NCBI GenBank assembly: GCA_050575255.1
Contig: JBNZDD010013646.1
Location: 3,635,744-3,699,743 of the forward strand
Direction: 5' to 3'
DNA from: Harriotta raleighana
Lineage: Eukaryota
DNA length: 64,000 bases
Numbering within the stretch: position 1 is the stretch's first letter; every line of letters starts with the position of its first letter. The notes below the pieces were generated by a model. The model saw only the letters and a list, made by a program, of their open reading frames with translations, was not told where the DNA came from and did not search any database. Both the position numbers and the translations under genes were made by a program. Positions 48,692 to 61,339 of the stretch are shown one piece after another.

Positions 48692-49262
48692 GCAACAACA
48701 ACATCAAAATTATATTTGTAAAGCGCCTTACACGTCAGGAGGACGACCCAAGACGCAGGAAAGTTATTGATTCAGACCCGAGCTTTTCAGCTCTCGTCTT
48801 GAGGTGAGACTTGAAGGAGGCTAGGGAGGGAGCGAGGCGGAGGGACTTCAGGATGGAATTCCAGAGGTTGACAGCAGAGTGGCTGTCCGCCAATAGTTTG
48901 GCGAGTCGGTCGGGGTACGTGGAGCGAACGGAGAGGGCGAGCAGGTTGGTAAGGGCATAGGAGGTCACAGATGTACAGTAGAGCGAGGTTATGGAGGGCT
49001 TTAAATGTGAGGACCAGGATCTTGAATTGGATCCTCTGGATGATGGAGAGCCAATGGAGTCAGGCAAGGATGGGGGAGATGCAATCACGGAGTTTGGAAT
49101 GGTGGAGGACACAGGCCGCAGAGTTCTGGATTATCTGCAGCCTGTGGAGGGAGGAATTGGGAAGGCCGACCAGCAGGGCATTTGCATAATTGAGCAGGGA
49201 TGTAATGAAGTTGTGGATGAGAGTTTCAGCGGCTTTAGGGGTGAGATAATGGCGGAGTCGTT
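48692..49262 (-). mobile_element. L2 3' fragment
   Basis: HSAVNLWNSILKSLRLAPSLASFKSHLKT; L2 tail at 48692-48755. Confidence 0.92.
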
Positions 49263-49510
49263 TCCTATCGCAAGGACCACCTAAAGTGCTTCACAGGATA
49301 TATTGTAAAATAGAAGAGTTTCAATGCAACAGTCAATTTGTGCAGCCATGGAGTGAGTGATCAATCAATCAGGCTGTCAAACCAACAGACCAACTCCACC
49401 CCCTCCCTAAGTACAATCCAAGAAGCAAAAACATAATTTAGCAGATATCCATATTCCTGGTCCTAAACTCTGTTGCAAAATACAAAAATAATGCATTATT
49501 TAATGTATTA

Positions 49511-50162
49511 CTGTATAAACCCCATTTATCCGTGACTCGATGAACCAGAAAACCGTTGAACCGGAACCTCGAAAAAAAACGTCCTGATTCGACAAACCGG
49601 AAGTTATCCAGTAAAATAGCGATGACGCATTTAATGAATCGATTGTCGCACGCGAGTACTGATGCAGGTATCTGGCTGCTAGGATAGTCTAAACTTGTTC
49701 CTGCCTCCTTTTAAATGTTGCAATACTGCCATTTTTTAAAAAGTCGCCATTTTGCCATTTTGTTTTCCCCTCATGACTGCGAAGTTAAGTATAAATAATA
49801 AAGTACTAATACAATCTTCTATTATTATAGTATCTGTTATATAGTGTATTTCATCTATTATTTATTTAGTATTGTTTAACATTTACAATAAAATACCCTT
49901 ACAATATTCTGTTGTTACAGTATCTGTCATTACTGTATTTGCTCTATTATTTATATCGTACAGTGTACAACATTTACAATAAAATACCCATACAATATTG
50001 TTATTATCTGTTATTATTTAGTCTATTATTAATATGGGATGTGTTAAAATATTTTTTTATTTAAAAATGTTTCACTTTTTTTTTAAAAAAACGTTCAACC
50101 GGAAAATCATTTAACTGCCATTGGCCACGTCCCATGGGTGCTGGATAAACAAGGTTTTACCG
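49511..50162 (+). mobile_element. Family A MITE with internal tandem expansion
   Basis: Degenerate TIRs CTGTATAAACCCCATTTATCC and GGATAAACAAGGTTTTACCG, TA both sides; AT-rich unit of about 90 bp repeated internally. Confidence 0.88.
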
Positions 50163-51184
50163 TATTTTGTAGTTACAGTAATACAAACTACTACAAAATA
50201 TTCAGTCATTATAATTTACAGTAAAGTCCTCTGAAGTGCTTAGTGATGTCCTCCTGAAGTTAAAGATGCTCTATCAAAAGCATGGATTGTTATTATTTAA
50301 GGTGAGCAGTGGAGTTTTTCAGTGGCCTAATAGCTTTGAATGTGCCGAAATGAAAATCTCTATGCTATATATATTGTTTACAGTGATCTGTAGATCTTCA
50401 TGTGGAAAGGGAAGCTTCAGAGATGCACATAAAATGGCTTGGCTGTTAGATACCACGGGGAGTGATGCAAAGATTCAGGCTGAAGTAAAGAACCTGGCAG
50501 ATAGTGAATTTTTTGCCATCCTACTTTTGTTCCTGGCACATTTGTGCAGGATGTTGAGAACTTGACAAGTTTTCATCTTGGTTAGTGGTGATTTGTTTGT
50601 TCATATGTTTTTGCTTCATTCTGAAAAGGCCAGCATCACTGAAGTGCTCTCCAATCTCCTTTGAACAGCAGGGATTCTGATCCCTGTGACAAAAAGAGTT
50701 GCTGGTTTGATAGTACATTCAATGCTGCTCACACAGTCAACAAAAAGAAAATTGTCTGAGGAGTGAAATAATGTTTTCAATACTTGCTCCTTGGAACGCT
50801 GATGATTGAAGAAAGGCTGAATATCACAAGGCTTCTGTATTAAGCTGAGCTGCTCTTTGGCATGACGCTCCCAAAGTGAGCTTTCAAAATTGTGAGCCCA
50901 TTAGGTCACCATGCCTTTGGCTAAGCCAACAAAGTTATACAACTGACTGCTAGCTTTTGCCGTAAAGGCTCCAGCCTGGGAACTGTAATGCCTAGTAAAT
51001 CTTTCAGAAGGTTTTTGTGTAAATTCCATAGTTTTTGTAGTCATTTATCAATCTTCTTTTGGGTTTCAACAGTTGATGGATAAGGTAGAATTTCCCTGTC
51101 ACTTTGCTGGCGTTTCTACAAATGAGAGCTGAGAGTTTGGGATAAGCTACCTACAGTTCTTCCTTATTCAAGCAATGACTCGCT

Positions 51185-51625
51185 CTGCCTTCCCTCACCT
51201 CCGCAATATTGCTGGACTCCGCCATTACCTTACCCCCAAGGCCACTGAAAACTATCATTCATGACATCATTACATCCCCGCTCAACTACGCAAACGCTCA
51301 GCTTGTCGGCTTTCCCAATTCATCCCTCCACAGGTTGCAGATAATCCAGAACTCTGCAGCCCATGTCCTCTACCACTTCAGGCTTCGTGACTCCATTTCT
51401 CCCATCTTCGACTCCATTGGCTCCCCATCACCCAGAGGATCCAAATCAAGATCCTGGTCCACACAATCAAAGCCTTCCACGCTTCACCATATTTCTGCAA
51501 CCTACCAACATCCCGACCCTCTGCTCAACAGGCTCTGACCTGCTCCACATCTCCCGACTCACCCTCCCCACCATTGGCGAGCAAGCTTTCAGCCACTCTG
51601 CCCCCAACCTCTGGACTGATTTTAA
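51185..51625 (+). mobile_element. L2 fragment
   Basis: IITSPLNYANAQLVGFPNSSLHRLQIIQNSAAHVL and LPTIGEQAFSHSAPNLW; a SINE tail follows at about 51685-51812. Confidence 0.9.
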
Positions 51626-53439
51626 AATACTCATTTAAAATGTTCCTATTTTTGCTTCCTCCGCTTTGTAGAGGAAGTGTCAATAGCTGTTGCTGCATTT
51701 CGGCTGCAAATATATGGTCAATTCACTTTGCAGTATATTCTGTGAAGCCCTTTGAGACATCTAGAAGACATGAAAAGCACTGTATCAAATGCATGGATCA
51801 TTTTTATTATTAGGTGTGTACATGTGTGTTTATTTGCATATGTGTTTATGTTTGTGTCTGTGGGGTATAAATGTACATCATTATTTTAAGTCAAACTGTA
51901 ATACAAGACAATACAGACAGAAATATCAATGCCTGTGTCACATCTGCATAATGATTAAAATTCCAATGTAATTGTAAGATCAATTTTGAGAGCACTGCTA
52001 ATTATATTCTTCTCAAACAGACAGAACTGATATTGAAGATGAAAGTTAGAAATGCTTCTATAATCACTGGGTATATGATTTGATGTGTGAATGGTAACCA
52101 GCCTAAAGTTCATTTTAAACAATACAGTTTATTATAGTGTGCCTGCTTATTTCAGTAAAAGTAACAATTCAGCCTTATTCTCAGCTGTCAAACTAACAAT
52201 GGCAGTGAATCTCAGTGAATGTTTAGTATACCAAAAATCCATCTAGTTTGCTATTAGCACCATGAGTGACAAATCCCACAGAATCAGACCAAACATAGGT
52301 TTACTAATGTTTATCAAGCCTTTATAATATTGAAGTACAGTGGGTGGATTTTTAAATAAGCAATCAATGTGTCTAAGTCACTGACAGCTTGGTAAACATA
52401 TCCATCAAACTGATCTGTTTATCCCAGTATCACGTTTAAAGAATCCTTAGGGTGGGTACTTTCAACCAAACCAAAATCATCGACACTAAATTTTCACATG
52501 CTTTTTCACATTGTACTGTTTTATAAAAATACGGATTTTATTAATATCATTTTCTAAAAATGAAGATTTCATTAGTACTGTACAGTTTTCCAAAATTTTA
52601 TTACCACCTTAATTCTTCACTGTCTTACGAAGTATTTTGTAAACTGCAGCCTTCTAATATAAAGCTAAAATCCAGGGTTTCTTTAAAATTTTAATTTCAG
52701 TGTGTGCATCCTGTGAATTATTACAATGTTTAATTCATCACACAAATTTTTTTATGTGCTTTTGATAAATGCTTCACAGATACCTTCTCTTTGTTTCTGT
52801 TGTGCTTCTTGCTCTGCATAATAATTTTAGCTAGTGAATTGATTATTTTGTTTTAATATTTCTGCCTATTATAACTTTTTTTTTGCCATCCAACAACTTT
52901 CAATTATCTTTCATCTCTTTTCAAAGATAGAGTAGTGGGATAAGATATGTGGAGACAGAGCTAGAGCAGACTTAATGGACCGAATGGCCCCTGTTTTGTA
53001 ATATTTTATGATATATACTTTGTACTCCTTCAAAGTCTTCCTTGTTGATCCCTCATAATGACGTGCAATGTTCCTTCGGGACTCAAGCATCATTCCTCTC
53101 CTTGTCCATATCTGCATGCCTCCCTCTCGATGCCATTATGGAGTCCCTTTGTACATGTAGGTGATTATAGCTATTTCTACCTACCTGCCTTTACTCTTGG
53201 TTTTGCCAGGACCAATTTGTGCTGACACATTGTCTTTCAGAAAGCCATCTTTCTTGGCTTTTGAGAGTATTTATTATCCTTCAGCTCTGATCGTATTAAC
53301 CTCTGTCCCCAACCAATCCCAACCCCTTCTGACTGCAGCTCACCAGTATACTATCTCAGCATTTTTTTCTATTCTCAGATATCCTTTAAACCTTTCATCC
53401 AGGCCTTGATGAATTCCACTTTCCCCCATCTTCAGAACA

Positions 53440-53740
53440 TTATTCACTTCTATCCCACCTCGTACCCAACATAAACAAAATCCACATCCACACTTACCAC
53501 CTCCAGAATTGATTTTGCCAATCTCCTGCTCACAGCACTCTCCAGCTGTATCCTCCACAGGTTCTAAATCATTATTTCCATCCTACTAGCCTTGTTTTCC
53601 ATTCCAACTTCCAAATGCCTCATCATTGCCTCAACCTAAATTCTCTTTTGCCACTTGTCTGCATTCAGGTAACTTGGACCTGTTGCAAGTACTTAACCTT
53701 CTCTGCCTGCCATGTTTTGGATGACCTGTTGTTGTTGTTA
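53440..53740 (+). mobile_element. Highly decayed L2 3' fragment
   Basis: TTSRIDFANLLLTALSSCILHRF-like translation at about 53496-53565; (GTT)n near 53730. Confidence 0.6.
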
Positions 53741-54524
53741 TCGACTCTGTGCGCAAAGATCCCATTATTTAGTTCAGGAGGGAGGAACTTTTTTTTTTAA
53801 CCTGCTTGAAAAATCAACTTTGCAAAACATTTTTTTTTAGTCAGCCAGCTGGGTGACACATAAGGAAACCCATCACCAAGCTTAAAGATATCCAAAGCAA
53901 GCTGAGAATCTATTTATGAATGTTTGAAGCTGATGTACATATTGAATAATTGAAATCATATCTGTGTCATAGAGACAACCAGGCCACTTTCTGCTTTCAA
54001 ACCTTCGTGAAGAAAGATTAGTGATTTCTTATGGCAAAAAGTGCCTGTGAATTACTTTCAGACATTTCGCTGAGATAAAATGCGAGAAAAATATGAGCTA
54101 TTTCAGTTCATTTTTTGTTAAACAGTTCTCAGATATTGCGAAAAGGTTAATCAATCAGTGTACCAGATACCTGCAGATGCTAGAATAAATGTACTAATCC
54201 AAAGGTTCCAAGGGTTGACTGTAGATGACATAGAAATGTTAAAATGTTGCTATCCTTGACACATACTGATCTCATTAGATCATTGTTCAAACAGCAGCAA
54301 CATTATGATTGCCTTTTACAGGGCTGCAAAATCCTCAGTAAACTCATTCAGAATTTCATGTAAGGAATTTTAATTTATTTTTTCCAGACTTCTCAGTTTC
54401 CACTGGCAGAGTAACTAACTGTCATTGTTAATTTGGACTCAAGTCATCTTATATATTGTATTAAATGATACGAGAACGACATTATGATGAGCAATCCTTG
54501 TGATCTAATGGAAAGGTAAAAAGT

Positions 54525-54822
54525 AATAACCCTTTGCATTTGATTGTAGTGCCTTTATGCAAAGCTCCTCAAAGTACTGTACTTCACATTTTTTTTCTAT
54601 ATAACATAGTGACTGTTTAAAAGTGAATTTGTTCACAATAATGTCCCACAAACAATCAGGTAGTGAATGATAAATGTACTGGATGATTGGTGGCCAGGAC
54701 TCGGGGGAAAAACTCCCTATGCATTTTGAATAACATCCACCGTGACAGGCAGACGGGACCTTGTTTTAATGTCTCCTGTGAAGGAAGGAATCTCCGACAA
54801 TGCAGCTCATTCCCAGCCCTGC
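54525..54822 (-). mobile_element. Older DeuSINE (SacSINE1-like)
   Basis: GGCCAGGACTCGGGGGAAAAACTCCC, GACAGGCAGACGGGACCTTGTTTTAATGTCTC and CTCCGACAATGCAGC are the reverse-complement Deu domain; cut by an L2 tail at 54822. Confidence 0.8.
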
Positions 54823-56229
54823 AACAACAATACATTACATTTGTATAGGGCCTTTCACATTGGTAGAACGTCCACAAGGCACTTAAGTATTCAGCTGGAC
54901 CATGACTTCCAGGCCTGCGACTTCTAAGCACTGATTGAGCCAGGCGGACACAAGGGTACTATGGATATCAAGCGTTGTGTCACACCAATGTTACAATGAA
55001 AGAGAGTGCATGCTACATTCAGACAAACTGAAATTTCCAACTACAGTGTACAATAATTGGAACTCTGTTTGCTTTGGATACTCTTAAAGCATGCTGATGG
55101 ATTTCTTCAGCCTCTTCACTGGATATCAAAACAATATATGAAAATAAATACATTTTATTTATCTTATTACCAGGAATGTAATTGTAATTTCCAGCTGGGG
55201 CTGGGTATGGCCAAAGGGTAGAATTCAAAATCAATAAAATTAGGCATTTTAGTCCAGTCTTGCAGATTTTGTATGAAGTACTCTCCTGTCTTAATTCTCT
55301 TCCCCTGATACTATTTGTAGACTGCAGATAAGGTTGACAATTTTGAATGGTTCCTTAGCTAATTCCAACCTATTTCTGATTTGAAATCAACAGCCAGCAG
55401 GCTAACATTTGTTATCTGTCTAGTGTATACAAGATTCAGAATAATATTACTTGTTCCATAGTTATTGTTCGGTTTCTATGACTTTAGGGAGTTATCTTGT
55501 ATTCAGTCGGTGTTTGAGGCATCTGTTGTCTAATGCATGCAGCTGTGCGGCCTGTTTCAAGTCCACCTCCCTCCACACATTGTAATTTGTTTCTGAAAAG
55601 ATGTGTTTTACAATTCAATATTTAAAGCTGTACTGTTTGGATGTCTGCAGTTTCTCTCCTTCTGGTCCTAAAACATTAATATTAATTGCAGGTTTGAATT
55701 AAGCAAAGGCACAAATGAAAGGAAACTGGCAGGGAACTAAATTGCAGGTTGGGCCACCAAGTGTAAACACTTGTTCAAAGGGAATGAGAGGTGCTTTTGA
55801 ACTATCTAATTAACAAGCAATGAATGACTAATCCTCTACATTGTTTGTTTATTGCATAGTTTAGTACACCTGGAATTGCCTCTGTACACATGTTTGCATA
55901 TGGTTAGCACAACCTGCATATTAGATCCCTGTGGAGTCCAAAATGTAGGAGATGCAATGTGGGTTCATAAACATTGAACGCTGTCGCTAAACAACAGTTT
56001 TATTCCTACACATGGGAACTCCTCACCTTGAGCAGCACACAATGTACTTCTGGTTATTAGCAACATTCAACATGAATAACATGAATAAAACCCTTGCAAA
56101 TCCAGATTGCGAGTGCTGCATTTTAGATATAAGTGCATCAGATGGAGCACTAAACCTACTAATTGTACTTCAGTCACTGGTTGTGCTGTAATTCAGGATG
56201 GAGAAAATGCGAGAACAAGAGGCACTTTT

Positions 56230-56440
56230 CTCATGGCTCAGGGAGTAAACGCAGAGCCTGCCAAGGACTGAAGCTCAGGACGATTCCTGGTGTGTGGTGT
56301 GTTAGCTCATCCCAACCAGAGATGCTGTTGGGGCCCTGAAATTGGCTTAATCGCCTCTGTGCTTCAATGGGAAATAAATCAGCCCAACTTTCTATCCTTG
56401 ATTGCTATCCAGCTATAAATGGTGTGCTTCTGGACATCTG
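56230..56440 (+). mobile_element. AmnSINE2-like ancient SINE fragment
   Basis: ATGGCTCAGGGAGTAAACGCA...GATTCCTGGTGTGTGGTGTGTTAGCTCATCCCAACC...AATTGGCTTAATCGCCTCTG...AAATCAGCC...TGATTGCTATCCAG, collinear with the recalled AmnSINE2 consensus. Confidence 0.65.
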
Positions 56441-56589
56441 AGACCCTCAAATCTCTCAATGATTTTGCCTGAAGTTCTTTTTATTGGATGAATCATAAAT
56501 TGCCACAAATCATCACTAACAATAACAAATTAAACTCTGCTCGGTGCTGCAAAATTAAACTAAAATTATTTGGATAAGCATTTGTTTTG

Positions 56590-57086
56590 TCAGCACCACC
56601 TCCGCAATGTCACTCCTCTCTGTCACTGCCTCATCCCTCTGAAACCCCTACACACATATTTTTTCACCCCAAGGCTCGCCTACAGCAATTTCCTCCTTGT
56701 CGGCCTCCCCAACTCTTGCCTCTGCAAGCTGCAGATCATCCCAAACTCTGCAGCTCATGTACTCTCCTACACAAGACTCCGCCTGCTCCTTGTCTCCTGC
56801 CCATCCCTCCCTATCATCTGCGGCAGGGCTTTCAGCCTCTCTGCCCCCTTTTCAACTCCATCCCACAATCCCTTCTCATTGCTCCCTCCCTTGTCTGTTT
56901 CAAGACTGGTCTCAAAATGCTCCTCTTCGACAGTGCCTTCAATCGCTGTCCTACCTCGCTGTCCTCCCTCATCCCAACCCAACACCCCCATGCTTGGGTC
57001 CTGACACCTGACTGTTAGTCAGTGCCTTGGGATATACTCCGGACGTGAAAGGCATTTTACAAATGTAATGTTGTTGTTGTTGTTAT
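56590..57086 (+). mobile_element. L2 3' fragment
   Basis: FFTPRLAYSNFLLVGLPNSCLCKLQIIPNSAAHVL and FKTGLKMLLFDSAF; tail GACGTGAAAGGC...(GTT)n. Confidence 0.92.
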
Positions 57087-57774
57087 TCAGATTTCAGTAA
57101 TGGAGCCGGTACAGTATGAATAAGAATTATAGAATCGTAAAAATAATCCTCATATTACATGGTTTTTCATGGCAGAATGATATCCCAAAGCACTTCACAG
57201 GATTCCAATGTAAAGCATAGAAACTGTATTTTACTATTTGTTATTGTTAATCAATAATTATTATTCACTTCAAGGTTTTTTGTGGGATATTGTCTTCTAT
57301 GGGTGGAATTATTGGCCAGGGCTTTGGGAGAAACTTTCTTCTCTTTTCAAAGAGTGCCATGGGATTTTTAACGGATACCTGAAAGGCAGAAAGGGTCGCG
57401 ATGATATGAAAGGTGTTATACAAATGTAATTTGTTGATGTTGTTTCATGTCTCATCTGAAGGATGGCTTCTCAAATTACTTCATAGCATTTTAATGTAAA
57501 TCACAGTAAATTTATTTGCATGCCAATATCAGCAAGGAATTGTTCCACAAACAGCTATCAATGAATGTGGAGCTTAACCCACAACTGACTCAGTGGTGAG
57601 TGTGCTACAATTGAGCAAGATTTACGCCTATCGTACAGCAGAGAAAGAAGCCATTCGGCCCAAAGAGCCATTGCTGTATCTCTGTCAAAATTGAAGTATG
57701 TACCTAGTTACAACAACAACAAAAAATTAAATTTATGTAGCGCCTTTCATGTCGGGAGGACATCCCAAAGCAAT

Positions 57775-58580
57775 GTTCCACTATTTAGCTTTTAAAGCCC
57801 AATTCTGAACAGATTCAACTGAGAGATCAACATTAATAAAACAATTGGGCTAAAGACCTAACATTTTAAAGTGCTTTGAGCAATTTGTGTAAATTATCAT
57901 AGCAAACGCCCTCCACTGGCACCTGATACAATAATACACATCTGTGTTTTTTTCAACTAAAATGTCTGGCTTGCAACGTGAGCTCCAGACACACAGGACT
58001 GCTAATGTGATGTCAGATATTAATTCATTCTCCCAACAGCAAACTGTGGCACACTTTCAAAACAATGTGGTATGACTCATAGGGAAAGAAGGTATAATAT
58101 TCCATGGATGACAATCAGAATAGTATAGCATAGCTAAGTCCAGTCGAAGCTGTGGTAATAGGAGCCAGGCATAGAACTGCTCAACTTGTTGTTTAATGTC
58201 TCATCTGAAGGATGGCACTTTCTGCAATGCAGCAGCACCCCGCCCCCTCCCCACCAGTACTGGAATGGAGTGTCAGAGTAACCTGTGAGTACAATAATAA
58301 TAATCCTCAAATTGCATAAACGTTGGTTTCAGTTATTTATATTTGCTACTTTCGAAAACAATAACAATTATTTAGGAGCTGCATAAAAGACAGACTGTAA
58401 CAGATGTTGATATCCTCGACTGACGTTTCATGTACTGATAGGTTTGTGTTTGCTACGATGATTATACATATCACTCAAAGCACTTTGAAAAGTTGAGTCT
58501 TTAGCCCAATTGTTTTGTTAATGTTGATCCCTGTGTTGAATCGACTCAGAATTATGCATTAAAAAGTGAAATGGTGGAGA
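57775..58580. repeat. Long imperfect inverted repeat with arms of about 135 bp; probable old MITE
   Basis: 57775-57908 aligns to the reverse complement of 58447-58578, for example GATCAACATTAA.AAAACAATTGGGCTAAAGAC and AAAGTGCTTTGAG. Confidence 0.85.
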
Positions 58581-58607
58581 TCCGACTCACGTCCACCAGC
58601 ACCAGCA

Positions 58608-58720
58608 GGAAGAAACAAAAACAGAAAGCGCTGAGAACACTCAGCAGGTCAGGCAGCATCTATGGAGAAAGGAAAGTGAGTCAACATTTTGGGTCTATGA
58701 CCCTTTGTCAGAACTGGGGC
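58608..58720 (-). mobile_element. Penelope-like terminal repeat with decayed hammerhead core
   Basis: Minus strand AGTT-CTGACAA-A-GGGTC-ATA-GACCC-AAAA-TGTT-GACT, then CTCCATAGATGCTGCCTGACCTGCTGAGTGTTCTCAGC. Confidence 0.8.
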
Positions 58721-58743
58721 ATATTGGAACAGAAAGGCTTCTA

Positions 58744-59830
58744 AAACAACAACAACAACTTCAATTTATATAGGGCCCTCCACGGCGACAGCGTCTCAGA
58801 GCGCTTTATAATAGCGGATCCCGGAGCCAAGCCAGAAGGAGGGGGAAAAAGGTGACCAAAGATGCGGTCGAAAAGAAAGGTCTTTAGCCGAGACCTGAAA
58901 CTATAAAGAGAGGGGGCGAGGTGAAGGGAGTGTGAAAGGGATTTGCAGAGATTCGGGGCGTATTGGCTGAAGGTACGGCCACCGATGGTGGAGAGGAGGA
59001 TTCAGGGGACAAGGAGGAGGCCAGACCCAGTAGAGCGAAGGCAACAGGTACTGTTTGAGGAGAGAGGAGGTCAGAGAGGTAGGGGGTGCAGAAGAGTGGA
59101 GAGATTTGAAAACAAGATTGAGGATTTTGGAATCAATCCCTTCCGGGACAGGAGTCAATGAAGTCTGGCAAGGATTGGGGTTGCCAGAGTTTCAGTGGCT
59201 TTTGGGGCGAGATATTCCCGGAGATGGGTGGTAGTTCGGAGGTGGAAAAAAAGTGGTGCTGGTAAGGGACCGTATGTGGGGGAGGAAGGACAGTTGGCGG
59301 TTGAACCTGATGCCTAGGTTGTATAACGGTTCGGACAGTTTTAGGGGTAGATGGAATAGGTGGAGGAGGTGAGAGCTGTGCGATAGAAGACATTGACGAG
59401 AGCCAAAGTGTATGGCTTCAGTCTTGTCAACATTCAGCAGCAGGAAATTTGTACTCATCCAGCTCCTGATATCTGACAGGTAGGCTGACAGAACATCAGG
59501 GGACTGGGAGTCACAAAGTGAGGTAGAGAAATAAAGTTGGGTGTCATCCGCATACATGTGGAAGTGTGCCCCATGTCTGTGGATGACATCACCAAGAGGG
59601 AGCATGTAGACGAGGAATAGAAGGGGGTCAAGGATGGATCCTTCAGGTACCCCGCAGGTAACTGGTTGAGAGTGGGAAGAAAAACCATTTGTCGCAATGC
59701 ATTGCTAGCAGTTTGTGAGGTTGGACTCGAATCAGGCGAGTGCGGTCCCACTGATGTGAATAACAGAGGACAGGAATAAGTATTAACAGAGAGGGGAAGG
59801 TTGGGCAAGTAAGACCAAAAAGAAAATGGG
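58744..59830 (-). mobile_element. L2 LINE 3' portion including the RT catalytic motif
   Basis: ORF 59192-59605 [27 protein letters not shown]...[21 protein letters not shown]; [13 protein letters not shown] upstream; (AAC)n tail; frameshifted. Confidence 0.95.
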
Positions 59831-59834
59831 GTAG

Positions 59835-60470
59835 AGAATCGGAGAATTTTACGGTACAAAAGCAGACCATTCGGCCCATTGAGTCTGTGCTGGCTCTTTA
59901 AAAAGAGCTATTCAAAGTCAATTCCACTCCCCAGCTCTGTCCCCATAACCCCACAAACCCATCCTCCCCAAATAACCATGCAGCTCTCTTTTAAAAGTTT
60001 TGATCGAATTGGCCTCCACCCCCTTCCAGATTTGAACAACTCGCTGCGTGAAAACATTTCTCCTCACCTCCCCTCTGCTTCGTTTAAAAACTATTTTAAA
60101 TCTGTGATCTCAAGTCACTGACACACCTACCATGGAAACAGGTGCTGTTTACCCTGAAGAATCCTCTCATGATTTAAAAAATCTATCAGTTCTCTTCGTA
60201 ACCTTCTCTGCTCCAATAAGAATAAACCTAGCCTCTCTAGCCTTTCCTCACATCTGAAGTCCTTCATTCCTGGTACCATCCTGGTAAATCTTTGCACCTT
60301 AACACCCTACCTAAAGTGTGGCGCCCAGGACTGAACACAGTACTCTAGCTGAGGCATAACCAATGTTTTATACAAGTTAATCATGACTTGCTGACGTTTG
60401 TACTCTCTTCCCCAATTTATAAAGCCTAGTATCCCGTACACTTTTTTAATAGCCTTATCTACCTGTCCTA
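59835..60470 (-). mobile_element. CR1 3' portion
   Basis: GACCATTCGGCCCATTGAGTCTGTGCTGGCTC tail and a PQLEYCVQSWAPHFR..VKVQRFTRMVPGMKDF-like frame; nearly identical stretch at 33780-33880. Confidence 0.9.
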
Positions 60471-60527
60471 TTTATCATAGATAATAAAAGAGGCTCTAAA
60501 GTCCCACAATGTAGATGTGTAAGGACC

Positions 60528-60624
60528 ACAATGTAGATGTGGTCTCCTGTACAATGGGGAGACCAAATGCGGATCAGGTAACCGATTTGCTAAACATATC
60601 TGTTCTTTGTGCAAATACAACCCT
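60528..60624 (+). mobile_element. Penelope-like GIY-YIG remnant
   Basis: QCRCGLLYNGETKCGSGNRFAKHICSL matches C..CGLLYIGETK.RLG.RF.EH. Confidence 0.75.
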
Positions 60625-61290
60625 CACCTAATGGAGCTCACTGAACAGATGGGATGGGCAGGTTGGTAGGGAATCAGCAGGTCGGAGAGATAGAAAGGGG
60701 TAAGGTCAAGAATTTCCTTGAAAGTGAGAATAAGGATCTTGAATTTGATACTCTGGGGGCGCCAATGGAGTCTGGCAAGGGTGGGAACGATGGGGTCGTT
60801 GAGCCTTATGTGGGCTAGGACATGAGCTGCAGAGTTTTGGATGATCCGCAGCTTGTGAAGGGAAGAGCTGGGAAGGCTGATGAAGAGGGAGTTTCCATAG
60901 TCAAGCCTTGATGTGACAAATACATGGGTGCAGGTTTTGGCAGTCTGAGCGGTGAGGCAGTGGCAAAGTCTGGAAATGATACGGAGGTGGTGGAAGGCAG
61001 TGCTGGTTGTGGCACAGATATGATGGAGAAAGGACAGTTCAGGGTTAAACAAGACAGTTTTGTGACTGGCATCATGAGGTGGAGTGTGCTGCTGTGGACG
61101 CTGATGCTGCCGAGGTGCTGACGTGAGCCAATCTGGAGGGCCTCAATGAAGAGAGGAAAAAATGAATGGAGGTGACCAAAAATGTGGTTGAAGAGATATA
61201 CAATTTCAGTGTGACTTGAATACCCCTAGAAAAGGAATGAGACAAATGGGTTGAGGGAGAGAATTCCAGGGATTCAGTTGTAGAATTGGA
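60625..61290 (-). mobile_element. L2 fragments
   Basis: ORF 60624-61052 HVFVTSRLDYGNSLFISLPSSSLHKLRIIQNSAAHVL; a more decayed piece extends to about 61290. Confidence 0.9.
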
Positions 61291-61339
61291 AAACATAGCC
61301 ACATGGTTGGGTGAAAAATATATGGTAAGCCAGAATGGC

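Noticed and set aside
59192-59605. ORF with an intact YADD reverse transcriptase motif
   Set aside because: Only 137 aa of a 5'-truncated, frameshifted L2; not a functional or domesticated gene.
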